DNA of 64,000 bases from the sequence record PZ445437.1; one strand, written 5' to 3'. The notes under the pieces are model-generated. The model saw only the letters and a list, made by a program, of their open reading frames with translations, was not told the origin of the DNA and searched no databases. This document shows, piece after piece, positions 19,729-28,453 of the stretch; within the stretch, counting starts at the first letter, position 1; the number at the start of each line of letters is the position of its first letter. This DNA is from a phage. The position numbers were made by a program, and so were the translations under genes.

Positions 19729-19730
19729 CA

Positions 19731-20045
19731 CTAAAAGAAACTTCTTTCACAATTTTTTCCACTGAACCACGCGCTCACCGCTTTCTTAGTCTCAGGAGCA
19801 GTGTTATCCATAAACCATTCAAAGGCAGCCTTTTTATGATTCTGGAGGGCTTCTCGGGCTTTAATCTGCTCACGGTCTATTAACACTAACATATGAGCCT
19901 TTCTTGTCACCATGGGCTTCTTATGATTTTTTGAATACTCCCAATCATTTGTCCATCGCATCGTTGTTGCGAACTGAAATACTGCTTCTTTAATTTTAGT
20001 TTCGTAAATTTCACGAGCCTTTGAGTATAACATCACTACCTCCAT
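19731..20045 (-). CDS. hypothetical protein
   Basis: 104 aa ORF. Confidence 0.4.
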   Translation of the reverse strand: MEVVMLYSKAREIYETKIKEAVFQFATTMRWTNDWEYSKNHKKPMVTRKAHMLVLIDREQIKAREALQNHKKAAFEWFMDNTAPETKKAVSAWFSGKNCERSFF

Positions 20046-20134
20046 TTACCAGTTTAATTCTAGTCATCTTTTTGATGGCAGTCCATATAATCTATTTCTG
20101 AACTGCCTTTTTGTCATAGAAGGCCTCTTATGAA

Positions 20135-21103
20135 TTATTTCAGAAGAGTAACCTCAGCAATTTCTTCCCAACCATTTTTGTCGGTCATAATAAAGTCAGC
20201 AAGATAAAGAGCAGTACGCAGTGAAACATTGCGTAAACGATTAACATTGACTTTCATCCATGATAATGCTTTATAAGTTTCTTCATCAGAAAGACCGCGC
20301 TTTTGCATCATATCAGTCGAAAGAATAACATCTTCAACCCTGACCATAATTTCTTCATTAGTGTGAACACCCAAATCCAAATAAACTGAGCGGGACACTA
20401 ATGCTTGTAAATGTGGAGCAAGTTTAGTACCACGGTCTAATTCGCGGTCAATGTCAACGTTTGTGATAAAAACAATCGTTCCTTTAAATTCAAACTCACG
20501 CTCAATGCCTTTTTCTTCTAAGTAAGAAGATGCAGTGCTCCAGCAGACTTTACGGGTCTCTCCAGTGTCCAGAGCAGCTTTCAGAAGATTAAGAATGTCC
20601 ATATCAGAGAAAACATCCACATCATCAATCAAAAGGACAGAATTCTCTTCACGATTATTCCAAAGCTGTTCATAAAGACCGATACCAGAGATTTTACCGT
20701 TAATGCTTTTATATTCAATGTATCCAATATCATTTGCTTTATTTAAAGCTTTATCTAAAGAATACGTTTTACCAATACCCGCCGCACCAGAGATAATTAA
20801 TGAACGAATATTTCCATTAATAATACCATTCGTCATCATTCCCATAACATTAAATCTTTTATTAATGCGGGTTTTCATATCTTCATATGATTCTTTAACT
20901 TCTTCAACTTTTACACCATCATATGAAATGTCTGATTTATAAACCCAAACACCGCGACGTTTACCGTCAATTTCAACAAAAACTTTACCATCTCCTTGTG
21001 CATCTACCGGAGCATTATCTGGGAACCATTCGCCTAAGAGCTCAAAAGTTCCAGAGATTTCTTTACCGAAGTAGATACCCTTATTGATAGTTACAGTTTT
21101 CAT
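20135..21103 (-). CDS. P-loop NTPase (AAA-like ATPase) of unknown function
   Basis: 322 aa; Walker A GAAGIGKT and Walker B-like VLLIDDVD. Confidence 0.55.
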   Translation of the reverse strand: MKTVTINKGIYFGKEISGTFELLGEWFPDNAPVDAQGDGKVFVEIDGKRRGVWVYKSDISYDGVKVEEVKESYEDMKTRINKRFNVMGMMTNGIINGNIRSLIISGAAGIGKTYSLDKALNKANDIGYIEYKSINGKISGIGLYEQLWNNREENSVLLIDDVDVFSDMDILNLLKAALDTGETRKVCWSTASSYLEEKGIEREFEFKGTIVFITNVDIDRELDRGTKLAPHLQALVSRSVYLDLGVHTNEEIMVRVEDVILSTDMMQKRGLSDEETYKALSWMKVNVNRLRNVSLRTALYLADFIMTDKNGWEEIAEVTLLK

Positions 21104-21160
21104 TTTATTCTCCTTTGATTTGATAGGACTACTATAACATAGTCCTATCAGTTTGTATAC

Positions 21161-21361
21161 TTATTTTGACATTTCTTCGATGTCACGACGATACCCGTCA
21201 CGAACTTCACGAAGAGCTTCAAGGCCACACATAGGCTCGATACCTGTAATGTGAACTTGATTAATCTGATACTCTACATCTTCTAACTGAGCGAAAACAT
21301 AACGACGTTCAGCTGCACAACCAGATTTAGCTTTACCGAAACGTTTATTCAAAGTAGTCAT
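21161..21361 (-). CDS. hypothetical protein
   Basis: 66 aa; RBS GGAGAT before the ATG; early promoter upstream. Confidence 0.4.
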   Translation of the reverse strand: MTTLNKRFGKAKSGCAAERRYVFAQLEDVEYQINQVHITGIEPMCGLEALREVRDGYRRDIEEMSK

Positions 21362-21399
21362 TTTGTATCTCCAATTTACTCATTTGTTTTGATAGGTCT

Positions 21400-21429
21400 A
21401 TAGTATCAACAACTACAGACCATGTAAAC
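21400..21429 (-). promoter_or_regulatory. T4-type early promoter (-35 GTTTAC, -10 TGATACTAT)
   Basis: Minus-strand GTTTAC at 21424-21429 and TACTAT at 21400-21405, 18-nt spacer. Confidence 0.5.
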
Positions 21430-21460
21430 CGTTTTGTGAAAAATTTTTGAAATAAAAAAG

Positions 21461-21479
21461 GGAGCCCGAAGGCTCCCTA
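21461..21479 (-). terminator. GC stem-loop (GGGAGCCCGAAGGCTCCC)
   Basis: 7-bp GC stem with tetraloop immediately 3' of the 337-aa ORF. Confidence 0.45.
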
Positions 21480-22493
21480 TCATTTATAATAACTTCGGTG
21501 GTTTTCAAGATAGACCTTCTCAAGGAAGTCATCCCAGAAACTCATGTCTACTGTTTTAGGCATACCGTTCTTAGAAGCTTCAGTAGATGCTGCTTCTACT
21601 TGATCGACCACATCTTCCAAAAACTCTTGAACTGTTTTAAATGGATGTTTACCCAACTTCACGTCGAGAATAAATGGAGCATCTTGAAGTGGATAGACTA
21701 AGTCACCAGTTTTGTAAATTTCCAATAGTTGGAGTCCACCACGACAAGCATGACTCAAAGCTTTCCAGTCAATACCTTCATTGGCTTCAGCCTTACGAGC
21801 ACGTTCACCGTATTCAGCATCTAATTTGTTCAGTGACTGCTTAAGCTCAATAAGAGAAAGCGTTGTCTGATATTTACGACCCAACACTGTGTAAAACGTC
21901 TGTGGGCCTGTTTTCTCATGATTATGGAACACCCATTCACAGAATTCGTTTTCTGGAAGACGATGCTTAATATCTTCAACTTTAGTACGACGCTGCTTAA
22001 TGGAACCGTCTTCTTGGTAATCAACCCATTGCTCAGGGATTTGATTAACTACTTTCAATACATCGCGTAATGCAGCCAAACGAGAACCCTTGACACCGTA
22101 TTTAGAAGCTTGCTTGCGGACATATCCTAAATAGGATTTCATGTTAGTCGTATAAAAACGAGAACGGTTGTCTTGAATAAACTTCCACACATCAGGCAAA
22201 TCAGATTTAACCACTAGTTCAGGTGGAGTGTGAAGCATATCCAATGCTACAGTTTCACCATCTGCTGCTAATTTAAAGAAATATTTAAGACTGTATAGTT
22301 CATGGTCAATATCATCTTTAGTGTTTTTAGATGATGTGTTGTTAGTGTTTTTACTCATGTGCTCTTTGACATTTCCGATAAGAATATCACGAGCAGGAGG
22401 AACAAAAATTTCTTTAAAATCTACATCAGATTCTGGGGTAGAAGTTCCATAAAGATGACTACCAAAATAGCTTTTCATTACTGTTTTCATCAT
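21480..22493 (-). CDS. putative pol-beta-superfamily nucleotidyltransferase-like protein
   Basis: 337 aa; N-terminal GSHLYGTSTPESDVDF fits the GS-x(9-13)-DxD nucleotidyltransferase signature; the rest is unassigned. Confidence 0.45.
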   Translation of the reverse strand: MMKTVMKSYFGSHLYGTSTPESDVDFKEIFVPPARDILIGNVKEHMSKNTNNTSSKNTKDDIDHELYSLKYFFKLAADGETVALDMLHTPPELVVKSDLPDVWKFIQDNRSRFYTTNMKSYLGYVRKQASKYGVKGSRLAALRDVLKVVNQIPEQWVDYQEDGSIKQRRTKVEDIKHRLPENEFCEWVFHNHEKTGPQTFYTVLGRKYQTTLSLIELKQSLNKLDAEYGERARKAEANEGIDWKALSHACRGGLQLLEIYKTGDLVYPLQDAPFILDVKLGKHPFKTVQEFLEDVVDQVEAASTEASKNGMPKTVDMSFWDDFLEKVYLENHRSYYK

Positions 22494-22663
22494 TCAGCCT
22501 TATATTCAATAACAGGACATACTTTAGCTTTACGAGCTTTTAAAAATTCAACGATAATCGATTTCTTGGGTTGAATAGGAGGTAAACCTTTATACGCCCT
22601 ATCAATATTTTCTATGTGTAAAGCATAATCCTTTTTTCCATTTATAATCTTTATATTTTTCAT
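22490..22663 (-). CDS. hypothetical small protein
   Basis: ORF 22490..22789 trimmed to an internal Met; stop overlaps the downstream start (ATGA). Confidence 0.3.
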   Translation of the reverse strand: MKNIKIINGKKDYALHIENIDRAYKGLPPIQPKKSIIVEFLKARKAKVCPVIEYKAE

Positions 22664-22952
22664 GCAAATGTGCAGGAATAACAAATGAACCGATAATAAG
22701 TAAAACAACCAAAAGCGCAAGTATAAATGCTGATGGAAGAAGAGTCCATAAACTACCGAAAATAAGCCAACGTTGTAGGCTTTCTGCACAAATAATTGTT
22801 AGCCCTACGAGTATAGCACATCCAAAAATAGAAACGAAAAATGTAGGAATGGCAATAGACCAAAAATATGCGCATAGTGTCTTAGGTCGTTGCCATTCAT
22901 CGTTAAACAATTTGAATAATTTATAGTGCCAAGCGTTTTCATTAATAATCAT
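22602..22952 (-). CDS. membrane protein (about 3 TM segments)
   Basis: 116 aa with three long hydrophobic stretches. Confidence 0.45.
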   Translation of the reverse strand: MIINENAWHYKLFKLFNDEWQRPKTLCAYFWSIAIPTFFVSIFGCAILVGLTIICAESLQRWLIFGSLWTLLPSAFILALLVVLLIIGSFVIPAHLHEKYKDYKWKKGLCFTHRKY

Positions 22953-22954
22953 AA

Positions 22955-23245
22955 TTATCCTTTCATTGAAGGCGTAACAGTTGTTAAATACTTAATCATA
23001 GCTTCAGCTTCTGATTTTGATAATGAAATTTCTCCATTGTTTTGACGAATAGAAATAAAATCCGGATGACGGTCACCACCAGCTTTTAAAACACACATAT
23101 AAGTATCAACTTCATCACACATATTATAACGTTTCTTAAGAAGTTCTACAAGTTCTTCACTAGTAACTTCATCCATGTCGACGAAAAAATCACCATTAAT
23201 GATGACGTAGATATTTCCTTCTTGATTGAGTGCTTCAATTTTCAT
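22955..23245 (-). CDS. hypothetical protein
   Basis: Start moved to MKIEALNQ (ATG at 23245) because a strong RBS AAGAGGAGAA precedes it and the promoter overlaps the longer ORF. Confidence 0.45.
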   Translation of the reverse strand: MKIEALNQEGNIYVIINGDFFVDMDEVTSEELVELLKKRYNMCDEVDTYMCVLKAGGDRHPDFISIRQNNGEISLSKSEAEAMIKYLTTVTPSMKG

Positions 23246-23273
23246 GATGTTCTCCTCTTTATCTGATAGTTGT

Positions 23274-23303
23274 ATAGTACCACAGCTCAAACGGAAAGTA
23301 AAC
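23274..23303 (-). promoter_or_regulatory. T4-type early promoter (-35 GTTTAC, -10 TGGTACTAT)
   Basis: Minus-strand GTTTAC at 23298-23303 and TACTAT at 23274-23279; same module as at 19699. Confidence 0.55.
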
Positions 23304-23340
23304 CGGTAAAATGAAAAAAGTCTCCCGAAGGAGACTAATG

Positions 23341-23727
23341 TTATTCGAGGGAAAGAAGATACTTACTCTGATAAAACATTCCAGTAATATCATCTATCGT
23401 GCTTTGGATGGCTGGAGGCATTTCTTTATAAATGCTGTTAGATTGGTCTAGTATGCGATCAATCATTTTAATTGTGTCGGTAGGAAGTTTACTGGCATCT
23501 GGAATTGAAGGTGTGTATTTTCTACCAGAATACCCCAAATATTGCTCACCAAATTTATCAATCAAATCTGGCAACTCGGAGAAAATAAAATCGTATGCTT
23601 TGTGTCTAGCATAATTTTTAGTTTCAAAATGTGCAGAATGAAAATAAGCTTGTGCAGCCATTAATAAACCTAAGTATTCATCTGCCTTTGAAGGTTTTCC
23701 ACTTTGTGAAAAGTCGCTGAATTTCAT
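23341..23727 (-). CDS. hypothetical protein
   Basis: 128 aa ORF followed by hairpin GTCTCCCGAAGGAGAC. Confidence 0.4.
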   Translation of the reverse strand: MKFSDFSQSGKPSKADEYLGLLMAAQAYFHSAHFETKNYARHKAYDFIFSELPDLIDKFGEQYLGYSGRKYTPSIPDASKLPTDTIKMIDRILDQSNSIYKEMPPAIQSTIDDITGMFYQSKYLLSLE

Positions 23728-24017
23728 TCAGTCTCCAATTTAATGTTCATAATTCTAGCGTATGATTGTGCCATCTCCGCGCCTCGTTCTATACATTCAA
23801 AATCAGAAGAGCACGGGTCATTTTTATAGGTCGTTCTCATAAAACTATAGAATTGTTCAGACGATTCTATAGTTTTATTTTCAAAAAGCATATAAACGTG
23901 CCTAATACCAGATTCCATAAATTTATCAAAATGAGGATCGACATTCGCTTCAATCGATGGAGATAAAACAAATGACAATCCTAGCATGGCAAAAAGTGCC
24001 GTTGCTTTTAAGGCCAT
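23724..24017 (-). CDS. rI: lysis inhibition regulator RI (antiholin)
   Basis: 97 aa; N-terminal signal/SAR-like MALKATALFAMLGLSFVLSPSIEA; sequence matches recalled T4 RI. Confidence 0.8.
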   Translation of the reverse strand: MALKATALFAMLGLSFVLSPSIEANVDPHFDKFMESGIRHVYMLFENKTIESSEQFYSFMRTTYKNDPCSSDFECIERGAEMAQSYARIMNIKLETE

Positions 24018-24029
24018 AAAGGCCTCCTA

Positions 24030-24242
24030 TCATTTTTGTCCTGTATTTACTTTATGCCGATGCACGGCCTTAACTTTATCAAGGTATTTTTCAAAATTTC
24101 GCAATCTAGTATAGTCTGCCGGAGATTGGTTGAGTGATACTTCTCGACGCAAAGCTGAAATGATATTTCCAACTTCCCTACGAATTTCATCTAATTGAAG
24201 CACAGTAAGATTGCGAAGTTGCTTTTCAGTTAATTGTAGCAT
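24030..24242 (-). CDS. hypothetical protein
   Basis: 70 aa ORF between tk and rI. Confidence 0.4.
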
Positions 24243-24284
24243 ATATACCCCTTTAGTTAGATAAACCTATTTATAACTTTTACA

Positions 24285-24866
24285 CTAACCGAGCTTTTTA
24301 GTTAATTCATTCCAATGTTTTCTGCACAAAGAAACATAAATTTCATCACCAATACAGATTTGATTACCTTCTTTAACTGGTGTTCCATCTTCCATTAATC
24401 GAGCTGTCATAATCGCTTTTTTGCCGCAATGACAAACTGCCTTTAGTTCAATAAGTTTATCTGCAATCGCTAAAAGTTCTTTAGAACCTTCAAACAATTT
24501 TCCAGCGAAATCAGTCCTTAATCCATAAGCCATAACAGGAACATTATATGTATCAACAATTCGACTTAATTGATGCACCTGTTCAGTTTTTAAAAACTGA
24601 GCTTCATCTACAAATACGCAATGAATATCTTTTTGTGCTTCAGCCCATTTATAGAACTCGAAAATATCCATATCATCTGTAATAATATTCGCTTCCTGTT
24701 TAATTCCAATGCGAGAAACAACTTCACAGACAGAATCGCGAGTATCAATAGCAGGCTTAAGAACTAATACACTCATTCCACGTTCTTTATAATTATGTGC
24801 AGCAGTCAAAAGAGAAGCAGATTTTCCAGCATTCATTGCTGCATAAGTAAAAATTAAACTCGCCAT
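24285..24866 (-). CDS. tk: thymidine kinase
   Basis: 193 aa; P-loop YAAMNAGKS and C-terminal zinc-binding cysteines (CHCG...C..C). Confidence 0.9.
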   Translation of the reverse strand: MASLIFTYAAMNAGKSASLLTAAHNYKERGMSVLVLKPAIDTRDSVCEVVSRIGIKQEANIITDDMDIFEFYKWAEAQKDIHCVFVDEAQFLKTEQVHQLSRIVDTYNVPVMAYGLRTDFAGKLFEGSKELLAIADKLIELKAVCHCGKKAIMTARLMEDGTPVKEGNQICIGDEIYVSLCRKHWNELTKKLG

Positions 24867-24867
24867 C

Positions 24868-25056
24868 TTAGTCCTTAGTTAAATTTTCTAAATATGTTTC
24901 TAAATCATTTTCAGCTTTATCGATAGATTTTACTAATTCGTAATATGTTTCGGCATCTCCATATTCAGAAGATATTTCAAAAGACAAATCCTTTTCTAAA
25001 CTAATAATTTCACCAACTAAAAATAATATTTCGTTCTTTTGTTCGCGAGTAATCAT
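24868..25056 (-). CDS. hypothetical small acidic protein (paralogue of the next ORF)
   Basis: 62 aa; REQKNEILFLVGEI pattern. Confidence 0.4.
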   Translation of the reverse strand: MITREQKNEILFLVGEIISLEKDLSFEISSEYGDAETYYELVKSIDKAENDLETYLENLTKD

Positions 25057-25238
25057 AAGGAATTTATATAATTAATAAGTTCTTGTTCTTTATTATCGAA
25101 TTCTTTAGAAAGTTCTTCGTACTCGTTTGCACTAAAAGGACCGCATTCATTACAAACTTTTTCCAATTCGCTATTTTTATCCATAACTTCGTGGATAAGA
25201 GAAAAGAGTTTGTCTTTTTGTTCTTTGCTTAGGCTCAT
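25053..25238 (-). CDS. hypothetical small acidic protein (paralogue of the previous ORF)
   Basis: 61 aa; KEQKDKLFSLIHEV pattern. Confidence 0.4.
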   Translation of the reverse strand: MSLSKEQKDKLFSLIHEVMDKNSELEKVCNECGPFSANEYEELSKEFDNKEQELINYINSL

Positions 25239-25404
25239 ATATTAATTTCCAGAAGTTTTAAAATAATTCGCTTTTGCTTAAATATTTCCATAGTTAAATG
25301 ATCAGTATCTTTTTGACCAATTCCAATGGCAAAACCTTTATTAGCAGCGAGTTCAATTAAATTATCAAGTTCACGTAACACTTCGTACTGTAACTCAGAA
25401 CTAT

Positions 25405-25617
25405 TCATTTCGGTTTACCTTCTTTAACGAAATCTGGATAAGGATAAAATCCCGAATAAAATCCTTCACCTTTATGATTGACGCATCCTTTATTAGAACA
25501 ATAGCACCAATAATCGAAATCACAAGCCATTTCATCGTTGCATAAAGCAAAAACAACCGGCCACTTACACTTTTCACAATGGGCATTTTTAAGAATACTA
25601 GTTTGGCTCATAACCAT
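25405..25617 (-). CDS. cysteine-rich small protein (putative zinc binding)
   Basis: 70 aa with 9 Cys, including CEKCKW and CYCSNKGC. Confidence 0.4.
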   Translation of the reverse strand: MVMSQTSILKNAHCEKCKWPVVFALCNDEMACDFDYWCYCSNKGCVNHKGEGFYSGFYPYPDFVKEGKPK

Positions 25618-25835
25618 GTCACCTTTAAGCAGTATTCTTCTACATGCTGTTTACGACCTTTCTTATCAATAAAGGTATATTCAACGAATGTTCCAATGTA
25701 GTCTTTATCTACATCATGTGGACTATTAATTGGACATTTAGTACGGCAAATGCGTTCCCATTGACGAATAATTACTGCCTTATTCTTTGGGTCATACGGA
25801 TGTGGATAATGTATATTCATAATAACGGTTCCCAA
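25608..25835 (-). CDS. hypothetical protein
   Basis: 75 aa ORF. Confidence 0.4.
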   Translation of the reverse strand: MGTVIMNIHYPHPYDPKNKAVIIRQWERICRTKCPINSPHDVDKDYIGTFVEYTFIDKKGRKQHVEEYCLKVTWL

Positions 25836-26284
25836 TCAACAATCACAATTTCTAATTTAGAGGAATATGTATCTAAAATCCCCTCAATAATATCCCAGTT
25901 CCCTTTACCTATGCCTGCACCAATCCTAGGCATATAGATTGTAGGTTTAATCAGTTTATTTTCACCAAACTCATTTAATTCTAACATACAATTCATTAAA
26001 GCGGAATACTCAAAATTTGGCCCCGGTTGAAATTGAGTATAAAGATTGAAGCAGTAAGCTTTATGAGTCCTAAAGTATTTTTCATAGACTGAGTAAGAAC
26101 CGAGTTTAGTTACATCGCCCCATTCTGTCTGTAATTTATCAGCTTCCAAAATTTTAGGGAAAGCTTTGGTTAATTGACCCGCTACGCCTGAACCCATAGT
26201 ATGAAAACAATTGCATCCATGCGCAATATTTTTACCTTCAGCGAAAAGGGCGACAATATCGCCCTTGATATATTTTACAATCAT
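25817..26284 (-). CDS. macro domain protein (putative ADP-ribose binding/hydrolase)
   Basis: 155 aa; GDIVALFAEG..IAHGCNCFHTMGSGVAG and later IGAGIGKG, resembling macrodomain nucleotide-binding loops. Confidence 0.55.
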   Translation of the reverse strand: MIVKYIKGDIVALFAEGKNIAHGCNCFHTMGSGVAGQLTKAFPKILEADKLQTEWGDVTKLGSYSVYEKYFRTHKAYCFNLYTQFQPGPNFEYSALMNCMLELNEFGENKLIKPTIYMPRIGAGIGKGNWDIIEGILDTYSSKLEIVIVDWEPLL

Positions 26285-26628
26285 CTAGTACTCAATCCTC
26301 GATTATAAGAATCTACCAAACAGTCAACCATTGAATGACAAGCGGCTTTATCTTTCTCCTCCGCAACTGAGCATTCTAAGGTATTCCACTTTTTAGCATA
26401 TCGTTTTAATAATGTATCGTTTTTGTATCTGCTTGATTTATCTCTTTCTCCGTCTTTATATGCATATATTAATTTCTGTGCAAATTCAACTTGGCATGCT
26501 TTATTTTTCCCACAATAATCTGCCGCAGTGCGGTTTACATATTCTCTAATTTCAGTATATGATGTATCTGCTGATGCAGAAGCAGAAAATGAAATTAATC
26601 CTATACATAAAACCAAAATTTTAGTCAT
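26281..26628 (-). CDS. secreted cysteine-containing protein
   Basis: 115 aa; N-terminal signal-peptide-like MTKILVLCIGLISFSASASA; 6 Cys. Confidence 0.45.
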   Translation of the reverse strand: MTKILVLCIGLISFSASASADTSYTEIREYVNRTAADYCGKNKACQVEFAQKLIYAYKDGERDKSSRYKNDTLLKRYAKKWNTLECSVAEEKDKAACHSMVDCLVDSYNRGLSTR

Positions 26629-27166
26629 TTACTATTTCCAAAAGTTTATTATTTTTAAGGTAATTAGCCTTTTCTAGGACTTCAGAAGCATATTTAGAAC
26701 CTGCTTTAACATTCCATCCCGAATTATAAGAGGATATTGCTTTTCTTATATCGCCCTTATGTATATTTAACCAATAAGAAAGTTCAATGTACGCCCAGGA
26801 AGCTGAATTGGATCGTTTATTCAACATTCTTTTTATTTCAGCATCAGTCATATTATAACCAAGTTCCTTAACTCTCGCTCGCATAGTAGGCAAATAATTT
26901 TGGAACATTCCATAAGCGTGATGCTTTGGTTTAGATTTTAAATTAACTCCGCCAGAGCTTTCTTGCCATAAAATGGCTGCCATTATATGACCTAATCCGC
27001 TCTTGTGGATATTTTTATGTGTTTTATATTTTCCATCCTTAGAAAATTGTTCCCCGAATTGATACGCGTAACGCATGTTATCGAGTTGGACATTACTGAA
27101 AGTATGCTCGGAGCTATGTGCCATCATTGAAATGGCCAATAGACCAGCGAGTAGTGCTTTTCTCAT
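26621..27166 (-). CDS. secreted lytic-transglycosylase-like protein
   Basis: 181 aa; signal-peptide-like N-terminus; LWQESSGG and YGMFQ resemble lytic transglycosylase catalytic motifs. Confidence 0.5.
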   Translation of the reverse strand: MRKALLAGLLAISMMAHSSEHTFSNVQLDNMRYAYQFGEQFSKDGKYKTHKNIHKSGLGHIMAAILWQESSGGVNLKSKPKHHAYGMFQNYLPTMRARVKELGYNMTDAEIKRMLNKRSNSASWAYIELSYWLNIHKGDIRKAISSYNSGWNVKAGSKYASEVLEKANYLKNNKLLEIVND

Positions 27167-27173
27167 GCTTACC

Positions 27174-27635
27174 TCATTGAGTTTTAATTACTGCTTTAGA
27201 AGCCTTTCCTGGTAAACGACGACTGTTAATAATTGCCATCCTACATTGAAGTGACGGGTCTTTGAACTTCTCGTTAGGTTTACAAACTGTAAATCCAAGC
27301 CAAAGATTTCCATCTGTGATTTCTAAACGTCCAGGACGATATTCAACCCCATCAATAAAATCCTCGTCAATGTCAGGACGCGGAGGCATACTCAGGAATT
27401 CATTAACTTCTAAAACATGGTCTTTTATTTTATGGAATAATTCAAAAACATATGTCTCATCAATCTCCCGCTGAATTGCGCGATCAAGAAGATGCTGAGA
27501 ATATTTTAGATGAAACGATGAGACCCCTGCTGCTTTTGATGCCTCACGAATCTCATTGTTAATTTGACGAAACTCCGACTCAAAGTGACGACGAAGCTTA
27601 TTTCGACGAATAAAAACTTCTGTATTGATAGTCAT
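27174..27635 (-). CDS. regB: endoribonuclease RegB
   Basis: 153 aa; sequence and position consistent with T4 RegB; RBS AAGAGGAGAA and early promoter upstream. Confidence 0.75.
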   Translation of the reverse strand: MTINTEVFIRRNKLRRHFESEFRQINNEIREASKAAGVSSFHLKYSQHLLDRAIQREIDETYVFELFHKIKDHVLEVNEFLSMPPRPDIDEDFIDGVEYRPGRLEITDGNLWLGFTVCKPNEKFKDPSLQCRMAIINSRRLPGKASKAVIKTQ

Positions 27636-27662
27636 GTTGTTCTCCTCTTAACTGATAGAAAA

Positions 27663-27692
27663 ATTATACCACAGTCAAGAGGAAAAGTAAAC
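27663..27692 (-). promoter_or_regulatory. T4-type early promoter upstream of regB (-35 GTTTAC, extended -10 TGGTATAAT)
   Basis: Minus-strand GTTTAC at 27687-27692 and TGGTATAAT at 27663-27671. Confidence 0.6.
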
Positions 27693-27694
27693 AG

Positions 27695-28015
27695 TTATTC
27701 TTTAAATCTAATCAATTTATTCATAGACTTTGAAACTTCTGCACGAACCTCATGTAGATTTTTGAGCTGTTCAAGACGCTGCGTATAGTAAGCAATTTCA
27801 TCTTCTTCGAGACAGTCCTGCGAATCTTCTTTAAGATAACGTGCATAGTCCTGAAAAGCGTTACGGATTACTTCCTGGAAGTCATCAAGACTTTGAATTT
27901 TCTTAGGAGCAGCAGATACACGACAAGGGGCAGTATAATACTCATAACCAAACCCTGCGCTTAATTGAGCCATTAGTATTTTTCCTCTGGTTGGAACACT
28001 GCACGACAAGCCCAC
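27695..28015 (-). CDS. hypothetical protein
   Basis: 106 aa ORF, start uncertain. Confidence 0.4.
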   Translation of the reverse strand: MGLSCSVPTRGKILMAQLSAGFGYEYYTAPCRVSAAPKKIQSLDDFQEVIRNAFQDYARYLKEDSQDCLEEDEIAYYTQRLEQLKNLHEVRAEVSKSMNKLIRFKE

Positions 28016-28275
28016 ATACTGGCTTCTTTGAGTTTCGTTTTAGCAATAGTTAACTGATCGAGGCTTTCGGCGTAATTCTTCGCGAGTTCATCATCTTCAC
28101 AGCTATCAAATGCTTCCCAAAATTCATCGTATAAAGCATCAAAGATAAGTCCTAAACGAACTTCAGCGTCTTTAATAGCATTTACTTTACCGATTTTTTC
28201 GTCGGTATGTGGCTTATAACCTTTAATATCTTCAATCATATTTGACTTCCTCACCAGTACATAAATCGTATTCAA
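27973..28275 (-). CDS. hypothetical small protein; by synteny a candidate Vs.4/Acb2-like anti-CBASS sponge
   Basis: 100 aa ORF three genes upstream of regB; assignment rests on recalled T4 gene order only. Confidence 0.3.
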   Translation of the reverse strand: MNTIYVLVRKSNMIEDIKGYKPHTDEKIGKVNAIKDAEVRLGLIFDALYDEFWEAFDSCEDDELAKNYAESLDQLTIAKTKLKEASMWACRAVFQPEEKY

Positions 28276-28453
28276 CTAAACGAATAGGTTCATGAATGCC
28301 ATATCCCTGAACAGAAATTTCTGTAGTAGGATAAATTCCATTAATATCACCCATGTTCCATGCTTCGTTAAATTGCTGTTCGCCTGAATTACTAAACCAT
28401 TCGGCGAAAGCATTTAGCACATCTTCAGAACCTTCAATAATTATCTTTGCCAT
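28232..28453 (-). CDS. hypothetical protein
   Basis: 73 aa acidic ORF. Confidence 0.4.
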   Translation of the reverse strand: MAKIIIEGSEDVLNAFAEWFSNSGEQQFNEAWNMGDINGIYPTTEISVQGYGIHEPIRLVEYDLCTGEEVKYD

